Positions 37,077 through 51,036 are shown, numbered from the stretch's first letter. The stretch: DNA of 64,000 nt from Piromyces finnis finn (GCA_002104945.1 MCFH01000040.1:310001-374000), one strand, 5' to 3'. Notes: generated from the sequence alone by a model not told the origin. Translations and numbers: made by a program.

Positions 37077-39047
37077 ATGATATTCAATAAAGCAATTACT
37101 ATTGCTGCTTTGGCTTTTATTGGAGAAGCATTAGCTAGTTGTACTCATGCTTCAAAGCAAGGTTATCCTTGTTGTAAATCCTGTACAGTTGCCTTCGTTG
37201 ATGGAAATGAAAAATGGGGTGTTGAAAACAACGACTGGTGTGGAATTGATTCTTCTTGGTAAGTTATATATAATAATTATTCATACTATTAATATTGGTA
37301 ATATACATATATATTAATCCTCTATTCTTAACTATAATTTTTAAAATATAAAAATATATTAGTGATTCACAAGACGTAAACATTTTATATTAATATATAT
37401 ATATATTTGTAAAATATATAAATGATTTTATTTTAACATTATATATATATACTTTAATATTTACTTTTAATAGTGTTGGTCTCTTGCAGAAGGTTATAAA
37501 TGTTGTAGTGAAGGTACTCCTGTTGTACTTACAGATAGTAAGGGTAAATGGGGTATTGAAAATAATGATTGGTGCGGTATAGTTACTAAGACTGATGATA
37601 AATCTGTAAGTTAAATTTTATCATGCTACATGAATATATAATCATTAAAAACTAATAATATTTAAATATAAATGTAAATAATATCTAAACATAATAAAAT
37701 AATTAGTGCTGGGCAGCTAGTGAAGGTTACAAATGTTGTAGTGGCTGTGAAGCTATATTTACAGATGGTGAAAAGAAATGGGGTGTTGAAAATGGTCAAT
37801 GGTGTGGTATTATTGAAAGTCAATGTCAAATAAAAACTACTACTACAAAAACAAAAATCACCACTACTACAAAAACAAAAACCACCACCTCAAAAACTTC
37901 AACTTCTACTAGTACTAGTACTGATAATGATATCTCAACTCAAACTAAACCAGGTTGGACTCCAGGAAATGATCAAGTATTACCAGGTTATCTTTCCACT
38001 AAAGGTAAATACATTGTTGATGAAAAGGGTCGTAAAGTTAAATTAGCTGGTATCTCTTGGTTCGGAGGTGAAACCACTAATCTTTCTCCACACGGTTTAT
38101 GGGCAAAACCATTAGCTCATTTCATTAAAGTTATTAAGGATCATGGTTACAACCATATTCGTTATCCATGGACTAATGAAATGTTATTCCCAGGAGCAAA
38201 AACTCAATCTGTTGATTCCTTACAAAATCCAGATCTTGCTGAACTTTCTCCATTAGAAGTTATGGATGCTGTTATTGATGCCTGTGGTAAAGCTGGTATT
38301 AAGGTTTATCTTGATCGTCACAGACCTCTTTCTGGTGGTCAAAGTGAATTATGGTATATTTCAAAGGTTGATGAAGAAAAATGGATTGAAGACTGGCAAT
38401 TTCTTGCTAAACGTTACAAGGGAAACCCAACTGTAATTGGAGCTGATCTTCACAATGAACCACACGGAACCGCATGCTGGGGTTGTGGTGAAACTAGCCG
38501 TGACTGGAGACTTGCCGCTGAAAGATGTGGTAATGCTATTCATGAAGTTAATCCAGACTGGCTTATTATTGTTGAAGGTAATGATCACTATGGCGAAGAA
38601 GGTTGGCAAAAAGGTGAATCCTACTGGTGGGGTGGTATGTTAAAGGGTGTTAAAGAAAACCCTGTTAGATTAAATGTTAAGAATAAGCTTGTTTATTCTG
38701 CTCACGATTATGATAAGAATGTTCACTTACAAGATTGGTTCACTGTATCTGACTTCCCAGATAACATGCCAGAAATTTGGGATGACAAATGGGGATATAT
38801 TGTTAAGGAAGATATTGCACCAGTTCTTATTGGTGAATTTGGATCACTTTTAAGAGATAATAAGGATGTTAAATGGTTACAAAACTTAGTATCCTACATG
38901 ACCAAAAATGATGTTCACTGGACTTTCTGGTGTTTAAATCCAAACTCTGGTGATACCGAAGGTATTCTTGGTTACGATTGGGAAACCGTCAATACTAAAA
39001 AGGATGGTATTCTTGATCCAGGAAAGAAACCAAACTTTTTATTATAA
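37077..39047 (+). CDS. Cellulosomal GH5 endoglucanase with three N-terminal fungal dockerin (CBM10-type) modules; exons 37077-37258, 37363-37375, 37474-37605, 37707-39047; 555 aa
   Basis: Signal peptide. Three dockerins (GYPCC/GYKCC...[30 protein letters not shown]) and a Thr-rich linker. GH5 motifs [23 protein letters not shown] (acid/base), VYSAHDY, IGEFG (nucleophile), [15 protein letters not shown]. Frame continuity requires the 13-nt exon. Confidence 0.93.
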
Positions 39048-39578
39048 TCTTATCCCTAACATAATATTATGAAAAAAAAAAAAAAAGTAGATAATGTATA
39101 CAATTCTTCCTAGGTTAATTTTATAGAATTGATTCAAACATAAATGTAATGAAATGACAATTATAAAGTAAAAAAAAAAAAAAATTAAAAAAAAATTAGT
39201 AAAATAAATAAAAATTAAATATTCTGTTTAATCTTTTAATATCGAGATTAATTTATGATTAATAATTTGGTTTTAATTAAAAAAAATCTTTTTTTTTTTT
39301 TTGGCAAATAATAATATATGAATATATATATTTTTTTTTTACTTACAAGTATTCCTATTCATCTCAGTTACTAGTAAATACGTAGTCCTAAATTTTATTA
39401 ATTAATTCATTATAGAGTTTAATCTATTTAAAGCTTTTGTTTCAATCCAATACACGACTTTTTTTCTTTTTATTAAATTTAATATAATATATAGTAATAT
39501 AGTAATATAATATGGATAATATTTTTATAACATTTATAGCTTTAATAGTTAACACAAAAAATACAAAAAAATATTTAA

Positions 39579-39689
39579 ATTTTTATTATTATTATTATTA
39601 GTAGTAGTAGTATTATTATTATTTATTATTATTATTATTATTTATTACTATTATTATTATTATTTATTATTATTATTATTATTTATTAC

Positions 39690-39782
<93 letters not shown>
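39579..39782. repeat. (ATT)n microsatellite, ~200 bp
   Basis: Directly visible; it explains the poly-Ile ORF in the track. Confidence 0.95.
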
Positions 39783-39784
<2 letters not shown>

Positions 39785-40664
39785 CTATTACCATATATTC
39801 ATTTGCAATAAAAACTTTTAAAAAATAATAAACATTTTTAATATTAAAAAAAATAGAAATATTAAATATACACATTCTCCTCAATTGTTATACTCTAAGC
39901 ATTGAAAATTGAGAACTTCTGAAATATATATATATACATTCTAGTAATGAAAATATTTAAACAAATAAATGATTTCTAATACCATTAACAAGTATACCTA
40001 CAAAAAAGATATTATAACAACTTTTTTTTTTCTGATTTTAATAATTTTAATTGTGTAACAATAAAATAATTATTATTTATATTGCAAATAGTAAATAATA
40101 TTTTAGTAGAAAGTGGCTTTTTTTTTCTTCTTTCTCGTATACAAAAAAAACTAACATTCATTATTACCATTATTATTACTATTATTTGTTATAATTACCA
40201 TTATATAAATACTAGAATATATTTATTTTTATTTATAAATAATTATTTCATTTTTAGTAAATTGAAAAACTATTTTTTTTTTTTACTATAAAATTAAAAT
40301 GTTACACAAATTTTTTAAAGGTAAAATATTATAAATTTTATAATTTTTTTTTTGTGAAACTTATCAATATAAATAAATTTATTTATTTTATTATTTATAC
40401 ATTTTTTAATAATTTTAAAATGGAACATTAATATTTGTGTTTAAAATAATAATAAACTTTATTATTTATTAAAATAAAACAAGAATATCATTTTATGATT
40501 TGTTTTTTTTTTTTGTTTTTTTTTTTATTTTTTACTGTAATTTATCTTTAATTTATATATATTTTTTCAAGAGTAATTAACTTTTTCTAAAGTATTTTTT
40601 TTAGGAAAAAAATAAAGAAAATAAAATATATATATATTTATTTTTAACATTAAATTTAAATAAA

Positions 40665-41954
40665 ATGAAATTTATTCAAATTTTCAATTTATTAGTACTT
40701 GGTATCACTGCGAAAAGTGCTGTAATTCCAACTTTAAAAGATGAAAAAATTAGAAATGCTCAATGTCAAGATTCTTTCAAACTCATCGAAAAATGTATAT
40801 TATTAGACGAAAAGAAAGTTGGTCCACGTACTTGTGAAATTTTTGAATCCGCCCAATGTCAACAATTATATGAAAACATTGATGATGAATTAGCATTATG
40901 TCAATATTCTGATGTAAACATCACTGCAGGATTTGTTAGAGATTTTGTTTATAAATTTTCTGCCGTTTGTACTAAAGATGATAATGGTGAATATTGTCCA
41001 TTAGTATCTATTGTCACTGCAGATGATTTAAGTGGATTTGTTCTTGATAGTAATAAATCTGATGCTGAAATTCTTGTAGATATCTACTCCTTAAATTGTG
41101 TTTCAGTAGTATGCAGAGAAGCAGCTATTGATTTCATTAAAATGAACAGAGAATCTCTTAAAAAAAAAAATAGTCAACTTCCAGAAAATGATGATAATTT
41201 AGTTGAATCTATTAATGAATTAGGAAACCTTATTAGTTCTTTACAAACTAAGCAATGTATGAATAATAAAGTATCTAAAAATACAAATGAAAATGCTGTA
41301 GATTATGTCATGACCGAACCAAAGGATGATATAAATGATACTGATGATGTTAATGAGGCTCCAATTGAACAAGGTGTTGACGATGACGTTAATGAAGCCC
41401 CAGTTGAACAAGAAGCTGTTGTTGTTCCAGTTACTGACGATGATGCTAATGAAGCCCCAGTTGAACAAAAAGCTGTTAATTCATCAGTTAATGAAAATGA
41501 AAATTCTTCTGACGAAGAAAATGTTGTTGCTGTCGATGATGCTTCTCTTTCTGAATCCTCAGAATCAGATGATGAAACTATTAAAGCATCAGATGATAAT
41601 GATAATAATGATAATAAGCCATCTTTAAATGCAATTACTTCGAAAAAAGAATATGCCGCTGTTGTTCCAGTTATTGATGAAACTTCAAATGAAAAAATAG
41701 TCAATACTATCCCAGTTGTTAAAACTACTACTGCCACTGATATTTCAACTCAAAGCATAAATTTAGATAATGAAGAAATCAAATCCCAAAAATCTGAAGA
41801 AAGTCAATCATTAGAAGTTATTAAAAATTATGAATTGAAACAAGCTATTAAACCACTTTACACAATTGCTAAGCATGTCAAGATTGAATCTTCTACTAAG
41901 CCAGTTGCTAAGAAGCCAAAGAAGAAATGTTTTGTTAAATCTTCAAAGCATTAA
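40665..41954 (+). CDS. Secreted protein with Cys-rich N-terminal domain, acidic repeats and basic C-terminal KKKCFVK end; intronless
   Basis: Signal peptide, 8 Cys in the N-terminal ~200 aa (e.g. CTKDDNGEYCPL), three DD(V/A)NEAP(I/V)EQ repeats, gene-like codon usage. Confidence 0.8.
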   Translation: MKFIQIFNLLVLGITAKSAVIPTLKDEKIRNAQCQDSFKLIEKCILLDEKKVGPRTCEIFESAQCQQLYENIDDELALCQYSDVNITAGFVRDFVYKFSAVCTKDDNGEYCPLVSIVTADDLSGFVLDSNKSDAEILVDIYSLNCVSVVCREAAIDFIKMNRESLKKKNSQLPENDDNLVESINELGNLISSLQTKQCMNNKVSKNTNENAVDYVMTEPKDDINDTDDVNEAPIEQGVDDDVNEAPVEQEAVVVPVTDDDANEAPVEQKAVNSSVNENENSSDEENVVAVDDASLSESSESDDETIKASDDNDNNDNKPSLNAITSKKEYAAVVPVIDETSNEKIVNTIPVVKTTTATDISTQSINLDNEEIKSQKSEESQSLEVIKNYELKQAIKPLYTIAKHVKIESSTKPVAKKPKKKCFVKSSKH

Positions 41955-42663
41955 ATTTATTATTAACTCTTTTTTTTTTTTTTTTTTTTTTAATGGATAT
42001 ATTAATTAATATTTTTTATAGTATCTATTATTAAATATTAAAAAAAAAAATATTTATTAATTAATTTTCTTTTTGGTTTATTTATTATATATAATTCACA
42101 TCTCATCATATTATTATTTAATGTTAAAAAAAAAAACATTTTTTATCAAAAAAAAACCTATTATATATCATATATCATATTGTTAACCTTTATTCTATCA
42201 AAACATCCCAACTATCTTTTTTTTTTTTCATTCTTTCTATTTTAACATTATTAATCTCATTTAACATGTACATTGACTATCCATATCCATAATCATTAAA
42301 TATTAATATTCACATTCATTAAAAAATAGTAATACTTTATTATTTTTTTTTTTTAATTAACCCCATTGATATCCCATTTCCTATTTATATTTAAAATTAA
42401 TAAATATTCTAATATATTATAAAAAAAAAAAAAAAAGAATCATTAAAAAAATTTTTTTTTTTCTCATTAACATTTTCCTTTGACAATTTAAAATATTATT
42501 CTAAAGTTATCTATACAAACACAAATAAACAACTATTTTTTAAATATAAAAAGTTTATTATTCCCTTTTTTTTAATAAATTACATATAAAAATAATGTGT
42601 ATAAATAGATATATATTTTTTTTTAATATTTTTTAAAATAAATCATTATTTCCACAAAAAAAG

Positions 42664-45600
42664 TTAATCTAATAAATATAAATGATCATCACGACTTCCT
42701 ACAATTAATTTAGTATTATTTATTACAAAAGGGGATGAAAAAATAGGACCAGATAATTTAATAATACGAAGAGATTGGATTTCTGCCTTTGTTTCATTCG
42801 AAGCTTGTAATTTTATTTTTTTATTGAAAAGTGTTTCTTCAAAATCAAACCTTTCTTCTTCAATAGGAGTTGTCTGTACCTTTTCGATTAAGAAAGGATC
42901 ATGCGTTGGTATATTAAACCTTACTTTTATAGTATAAAGATTCCCATCTATATCTACAGCATAAATTCTATTATCCCAAGTATTATTGAGGGTATTGAAA
43001 GTAGAACAAAAAAATGGAGAAGCAAATACTGGAGCTTTTGTTTTAATTCTCCATTCATACTCTTTAACAATTTTATCCTTGCTATAGTCATTTTCACTTT
43101 GATTACTTTTATCATGATTATTCACGCACTTTGAATTAAGATGGTTGTGTTGTTTTTTATGTTGAACGTCTATACAATAAATATAATTAGAATGACTTCC
43201 TATCACCAATTTAGAATCATGGTTAAATAAACATGGAGATGAAAAAATTGGACCACCTGTATCAAATTTCCAAATCTAGAAAAAAATTTTAATTTTATTA
43301 ATAAAAATTAATAGACTAATTTTTTTTTTTTTTTTTTTTTTGCATATTTAAAAAAATTTTACCAATTTTCCTTCAAGAGTATTGATACAATATACAAATC
43401 CATCAACACAACCGAAATATATAAAATCACTATCATTAGATAATTGTGGTGTAGTAAATATTGGTTTATTATCTTTGATTGTATATACCCAATTAATAGA
43501 ATAATTTTTGATGCATTTTTTTTCAGAGGACGGCATTCCACTTTTATGCTTATTCCTTATATTTATTGAAAATAATTCCCCTTTCAAATTACAACAATAT
43601 AAAAACCTTGTATATATAATTATAATACATTTAAAAATTAAATAGAGTTGTTAATTTAAAAAAAAAAAAAGTTTTTTAAAATTGTATTGTTAAATAGATA
43701 TACCCTTTTTTTGAATCAATAACGGGTGATGCTAATATGGATCCATTTGTTGGTAACCTTCCCATAAGTTGTTTATCATCTATATCAATTTCATATAATA
43801 TTTTATCATATCCTCCAAACCAAACATGCCCATCTTCTGGATTAAGTACTGGGGTACATTTAACAATATCTTTTGTCTTGTATTTCCATACCACATGACC
43901 ATCATCAACCGAAAGAATATAAATATAATAGTCATAACAACCTACAATGATATAACGTCCACATAAAGAAAGACAAGCAGATCCTTCAATACGATCATTT
44001 AAAGATACCTTCCAATTAACACTCTTTTTGGTGATATTAATAGACATAAATAAAGAGGAGTGTGAACCAATAAAACATGAATATTCTAAATGATCCGATA
44101 CTTTTGAAATAGAAATTGTTGGTGAAGCATCGATACATTTTTTAAAATTAAAAGTTGTTTGATTATGAAACTGACACATGGTATTACCTAAGTTTTTATT
44201 ATCATCTAGTAAAGTATCATGATCAATAATGAATGTTTGAGCTTTACTTATAAAACCAATAAACTTTTTATTAGAATTAGTATCGTTTATTACGGCGGTA
44301 TCATATTTTATTTTATTATTAAATGCAACGACGCTTTGGTTTTCATTTGCATTTTCCTCGGAATCTAAAAGATTTTCTGTAGAATCTTGGCTCTTCATTA
44401 ATCGATATACCTTGTTTGCAACTTTTTGAAATGAATAATTCATTATACATAAAGATAATCTATATATTATGATAAATGATTTTAGTTATTAATTAATATA
44501 TTTATAAAATTAATATATATTATTATTATTACTCTTTTGAAAAATCTTTATCTTTATTTATTAGTTTATTTAATTTTTGTGCTATATGAGTTGCTTGTAA
44601 TGAATTTCCTCCCAATTCAAAAAAATAAAGTTTATCCGGATTAGTTTTAAAGAAAAGGGTTTCTTTACTATCCCCCATTTCATTTAATAAATATTTTATA
44701 ATTATTGATATTGCCTTTGGTTTCTCATACTGATTCATTATCGTTTTTATATCTAAAGAATATTGATAAGAATCATTCATTTGATCCTTGTAAATTTGTT
44801 GAAGCTTAATTGCATCAATTTTCCCATTTTTATTTAATGGAAAATCATCCAGTATAATGATATGCGATGGTATAGCATAAAAAGGTAATAAACGTTTTAA
44901 TTGACTTTTAATATCATTTTCCACTTTTTAAAAAATTTTTATTCATCCACAAATGTATTAGCATAATTAGTATGACATTCAAAAAGTTATAATAAATAAT
45001 AATTTCATTCATTAAATTTATAAAGAAATATAAAAATATATATATATAATTTATACGCTAAATTTTTTTTTTTTTTTACCTTTTGAATTAGTTATATTTC
45101 CATTATAGGTTATAAAACTAACTAATTCTTCTATATTTTCTATCTTCATCATCATTGTACTTTTATTAATACCATATATATTTTTAATAATAATTAATAA
45201 AGATGAATAATAATAAAATAGGATTACTATAATCGTACTTACTAGCACTTATTTACAAAACTTATCTATAATTATTTATTGATTTCATTATTTCATTATA
45301 TAATATATATATATAATGTTATTGTTTATTGGAAAATATTTTATAATAAATGAATTTCCTATTGGTTAATATTTTATTATTTATACTTTATATTTTTACC
45401 TTTTCCAATGCAAAATTGCACTGTTCCAAATGAATTCGATAACCAGAATATTTAATTTGTTGATTCGTTCGACCATAATAATAAAGATAATTATTTATTT
45501 TATTGAAAAGAACAATATCACCTGTAAATATATATTCTCCACATTGATAGTTATCATCAAGATCTACCCAACATTGTCTATTTCCACCGATCCATAATTC

Positions 45601-47751
45601 CCCAATGATATAATATTTGGAATTTACTACCCTCTCTATTGAAGATAAATTTTTTAAAGGTCTACCTTTTAAAAGTGTATTTTCTTGGTAATATTGAATG
45701 CTGTCTTTTTGGATAGTAATTAATTTTTCTATTCCATCCATATCCATATATCTTAATAAAAAAATAGTATTACTAAGTGGTTTTCCTAGTGGCACATTAT
45801 TACTAGAATAGTATTTTAAATCATTCTCTGTATACCCAAAATTTTGTTGAGTATTACAATTTTGCTTATCATCATCAGGAGCCATAGAATCATTATTATC
45901 AGAATTAGTTATTCTTTTTTCTTTATTATTCAAACAATTTAAAAAATCAAAGTTTTCAACTCTATATAATGATGCCCATACACTATTTTCAGTAATACCA
46001 TAAATATTCCATAAAGATATTCCTAATACAGAGTTTATGTCTCTGAAATTATTACTTTGGCCCGATATCATATCAATCAAGGTACTTAAAGAAGGAAATT
46101 TTTCTCCACCAAGAATTAAATTTTTAACATTTGTCTTTCCAGTTAATATTTCTCGTATACTATTTTTTCCAAAATTAAAAAGATGAGATGGAGTCATCAT
46201 AAGTGTTAAATTAATTTCACTATTATCACCAATAGGTATAACAGGACCTATGAAGCATGACTTATACAAATAATTGGTAGATTTAATAAGGTTTCTAGAA
46301 GGTATAATTAAAGTTCCACCAAGAGTTAAGGTTACAAATATTTCAATTAAAGATGGATCAAAGGATGGTGAAGTCATTAATATTCCATAATAATGAGAAA
46401 TTTCTTTTAATTTCAACTGATTTCTATGATTTATTAAAAAAAATAAATAAATATTATAAGCATTTAATTAGTTAATAATTTTTTTTTAAACTATAGTCTT
46501 TTATTTTTTACATAATATCAATCACATTAGAATATAATGAATCTTCAGATACTCTCACAGCAATTCCATTTTTATTCTTTCTAGTAGTTCCAGAAGTATG
46601 CATAATATATTGGAAATTGTATTTTTCTATTGGAAAAAAATTATTTTCTCTTGCTTTTTTAAGTATTGTATATAAAAATAATAGTTAATATTATATAAAT
46701 TAAATAACTAATAATTATTATATATCATCAAAGTCTTTTTTTTCTTCTTTTTCCATCCAATTTTTATATTATATATTATATATACCATCTAAAATTTCTG
46801 ATATTAATAATGAATATTCTGGATAAAAAGGACATGTAACTTGCTTATAATTATTTATACTCAGATTCTGTTTTTTTAAAAAAAATAGCAACAGTAATAA
46901 TAAAAAATCATTATTATTAAAATTATACTAATTTTCATAAAGTCATAGACAGAATTATAAAAGATATAATTACTTTTAATTTACTATTTTCTATAATAAT
47001 AAATTTATTATTTTGGATTGAATTTATATACCCTTCATTAATTGGAATATAGACATATTTTTTTTTCCAACATCTTTATATTTAAATAAATAATAGCGAT
47101 AAAATGTTATTATTAGTTAAATAATACCATATAAATAATGTATATAAATAAAATTTTAATACGTTAAAATAATAGACACAAGCATCAAAGAAGGATCCAA
47201 TAATACATATATATAATCACCTTTTTTCAACTATAATTATTAATAGTCCATAACAATTAAAATAATAAAAAGAGAAATAAGTTAAAATATAAAATTAAAA
47301 AAAGAAAAAAAAATTCATATCATATCATTTCTTGTTTATACCATTTAACAAACAACGAAAAAGTTAAATATTTACATTATATTTTTTTAACCAAATTTCT
47401 AAATTAAGAATATCATTATTTAAATGTTCATATGATAATGATTTATGAAAATAATTTTCTAAAAGAGAAGTATTTAAAGAAATAAAATGGGCAGCAATAC
47501 GTTTCGGATATTGATGAACTTTATTTAAAAATAAATTATATAAGGACTTTTAAAAAAATCAGAAAGTTTAAAATAAAAAACAGCATTTTAAAATTAACAA
47601 TTATTATAAAATTATCTTTTTTTATTATTATTATTTTAAAATATAATATAATTTAAAATATTTCGTATAATTAAAAATTCATAATAAACATCATATAATT
47701 ATATTTCATATGTTTATTTATTACATTTTCTTGGTCTGATTGATGATCCAT
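42664..47751 (-). CDS. AASDH: AASDH/ACSF4-like beta-alanine-activating enzyme (adenylation + phosphopantetheine carrier + PQQ-like beta-propeller), multi-exon
   Basis: Exon 1 MDHQSDQEN (47725-47751) splices in frame to SLYNLFLNKVHQYPKR. A-domain: YIMHTSGTTRKNK-type loop near 46560-46610, SPSFDPS, LILGGE, WNIYGITE, TGD, GRTNQQIKYSGYRI, LNKNGKID. Carrier FFELGGNSL. PQQ repeats (WKYKTKDIVKCTP, IFSSP, VGSRDDHLY). Not all internal exon boundaries were resolved. Confidence 0.85.
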
Positions 47752-49554
47752 ATTTTTTTTTTTTAAAGTTTACTGCTCAATTTTTATAATTTTAAATTTT
47801 ATCACCCATAATCAAAAATCAATTATTTCTTTCATTTACATTATTATTTAATGTACTATATTAATGTAAATGTAAATGTAATACATTATAAAAGATTTCT
47901 TTTAGTACAAATGGTAAAAAGAGAAAATTCAAACTTCATTTTGTATAATTAAAATGATAAAAATATAATGACATCATTCGTTGGATAAATTTTTGAGGCT
48001 TAGCTAATCAAAATAAAGAGTAGTAAGCCTATTCATAATATATCATTATTATATATAAAAATAGATTGATTATAAATTTATTATATTAATTTATTATATA
48101 ATATATAGCATATATGATAATATATTATAAATATATTATTTAATTTTCCTTTTGATAAGTGATAATTATCATCTAAACTAATGGGTTAAAAATAAAAAAT
48201 GTGATTTATTATGAAGAATGAATCTATAATTAATGGATATTATTAAAAGATTAAATCATCAATTTTTATTATTCATTAGTGTTAATTATTATTCGTTTAG
48301 TAGGGAGGTAGATATCAAGTATTTATTATTAGTATTTGTTAATTCTGGTGTTGATTTATCATTAATTACTAATAGTAATAATAACATATTTAGTGTTGAT
48401 TATTATTATTCATTAATATTATTCCTATAGTATTATATTTTTAGTATATCCTATTTTTTAAACTTTTTACAATACCTTAATTTATTATTATTTTAAATTC
48501 TTTTTATCATCTTTTTTTTTTTTTAATTTCATCATTTATTATTGAGTATCAAATAATATTGTTGATTTTTATTATTTAATTAATATAATATTTATATTAT
48601 AAATTTATATATCCTTTTTTTATAAAAAAAAAATATATTATTAAATAGTAAAAAAAGGTAAAAATAAAAAAAAAATTATTAAAATAAGTTTATCAAATAA
48701 AATTTTAAAAAAAAAAATTAATAATAATAAATAAATAATAAAAATAGTTTTAGGGAAACTTCAAAAAAAAAAAAAAGAAAAAGTAAATCTTTTAAGTAAT
48801 TTTAATTTAAAGAAATTTAAAAAAAAAAGTTTACTTCCTTTTTAGAAAGAAATTAAATAAAAAAAAAAGTAATTGTTGAGTAAAAAGAAATAAAAAAAAA
48901 AACATTTTATTGTGTATACAAAACGAGATTTGCTAAAAAAAAAATAGTTCAACTTTAAATCTTTAAATCATCTAGTATATATACATAACATTCAAAAGTT
49001 TTATTTTTCAAACAAAAAGAAAAATATATATATAAAACATATAGTATTTTATTTTAATAATATAATAAAAAATATATATATTATATAATTCAAATATTAA
49101 CATCAAAAATTGAATACATAATAAATTCAAAAGTATAATCTATAATTTAAAAATCGATTCTAATTGTGGAAACAACTTTACTGAATATATAATAACTGAA
49201 TACATAATAAAGAATAAAGGAATTAGAAAATAAATGTTGCGTATGGATTGTATCAGAAAATATGAAATAATACTTGCATTAAATTTTAAAAGAAATAAAA
49301 GGCAACGAAAGAGTAAATAACATCGCAAATGTGAATAAATTTGATAAAAATGGAAAATAAAATGGAAATTAATAAAGAAAATTAATATGAATGAAAGCTA
49401 TTAAACACTTTTTTATTATTATTAAAAGAAACTTATAATTTATTAATAGTATAAAATATATTAATAATTTATTTTTTTAACTATATATGAATATTATAAA
49501 TCCCACATAATAAACAAAAAATTAATAGTTAAAAAAAACAAAATTTAAATAAAA

Positions 49555-50017
49555 ATGAAGCTTGTATTAGTATCTCCATGCTGCTCAGTCTGTTGCACTG
49601 TTTTCTCAGTCTTCGGTGCAATCATTTTAGTAAGTACCAAAGAAATAAATTATAGTATTGGGAAATTAAAAAAAAAACATTTTATATATATTATATAATA
49701 TTAATATATAATATTACATTACAATAAAATAAAAGCTTGCCTTCGGTATTATGTTCAAGGCTGGTGTTCATGAATTAACTATGACTAAGGAATCTCCAGC
49801 TAACCCAGGTGATGTTGGTGTTAGTTGTTTCATTGCCGCTGGTATCTACTTACTCTTCATTCTCTTCTGTTCCTGCCAAGTAAGTTTAAATAAAATGTAT
49901 TTTAGTAATAAAGTAATAAATTAATGAATAAATATTTTAATATGAAATTTTATTAAATAATAGACTGTTGTCGCCAAGAAAACTAAGAAGCCAGAAGAAT
50001 TCGGTGCTTCCTCATAA
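49555..50017 (+). CDS. RNASEK: V-type ATPase V0 subunit f (RNASEK homologue), 3 exons (49555-49629, 49736-49879, 49964-50017), 90 aa
   Basis: Canonical GT-AG phase-0 introns. Protein MKLVLVSPCCSVCCTVFSVFGAIIL/LAFGIMFKAGVHELTMTKESPANPGDVGVSCFIAAGIYLLFILFCSCQ/TVVAKKTKKPEEFGASS. Two TM helices and the CCTV.S.FG..IL motif resemble yeast V-ATPase subunit f. Absent from the ORF track. Confidence 0.85.
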
Positions 50018-50532
50018 ACTATTTAATCTTTTTAAAGAATATTTCCAATAATAATAATTTTAATTCATCAAATAAATAATTTAAAAAAATAATAATACAA
50101 TAAAGAAATACATATAAAAAAAAGTAATGATATTTATTGCTTTCAACATTTATAGAAAGGAATTTTGAAAAGCATTTAATCCATTATTTTTAAGATAATA
50201 ATACACATTTAATATTAAGGAAAAGAATATAATTATTAATAAAAAGAATATTATATTTTTTAATATAATTTTTTTTTGTATATTATTATTTAAATTAAAA
50301 AAAAATAATAAAAGAATATAGAAAAGAAAAATAAATATATTTAAAAAAAAAAAAAGATTAAATATTATAACGAAATGTTTATAATATTCAATAAAAAAAA
50401 CGAATAACTCTTTAATTTTTGTTTTCATATTTAATATTTATAAATTTAAAAAAAAAAAAACAATAACAAAAATAATAATAATAATATTTAAAAACAAAAA
50501 AAACGTTTAAAAAACTAATTTATTAAATTTTG

Positions 50533-50566
<34 letters not shown>

Positions 50567-51036
50567 AATAACAATAATAAAGGAATAAGTAATAGAAAAA
50601 CTAACTTAATTATTAAATTTATCATTATTAAATACATTTTCTTAAAAATTTTGGTTTGAGGAAGAAGGAAAAAAAAAAAGAATTAAACATACAAATGTTT
50701 AAACTACATAGAGTATTCGATTTTAATTATTTATTTTTATTTTTATTTTTATTATTATTATTTTTTTTTTTTTTTTTTTTTTTTTTGATTAGGTGTAGTT
50801 GTTGTTATGATTGAGATTATTATTTATTGTAAATACACTTTTAAAGATAAGAAGTTTTCTTTATAAAAAAAAAAGATATAAATTAATATAATTATTTATT
50901 TATATTGGTATTATTTAAGGATATTAAAAGTTTTATGATATAAATGAAATAAAAATAGATATATATAGTTAGGATGTATACTTTTTTTTTTTTTTATCAT
51001 AATAAAAAAAAAAAAAAAAACTTTTAAAAATCAGGG

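Noticed and set aside
39660-39884. Poly-Ile ORF
   Set aside because: Translation of the (ATT)n microsatellite.
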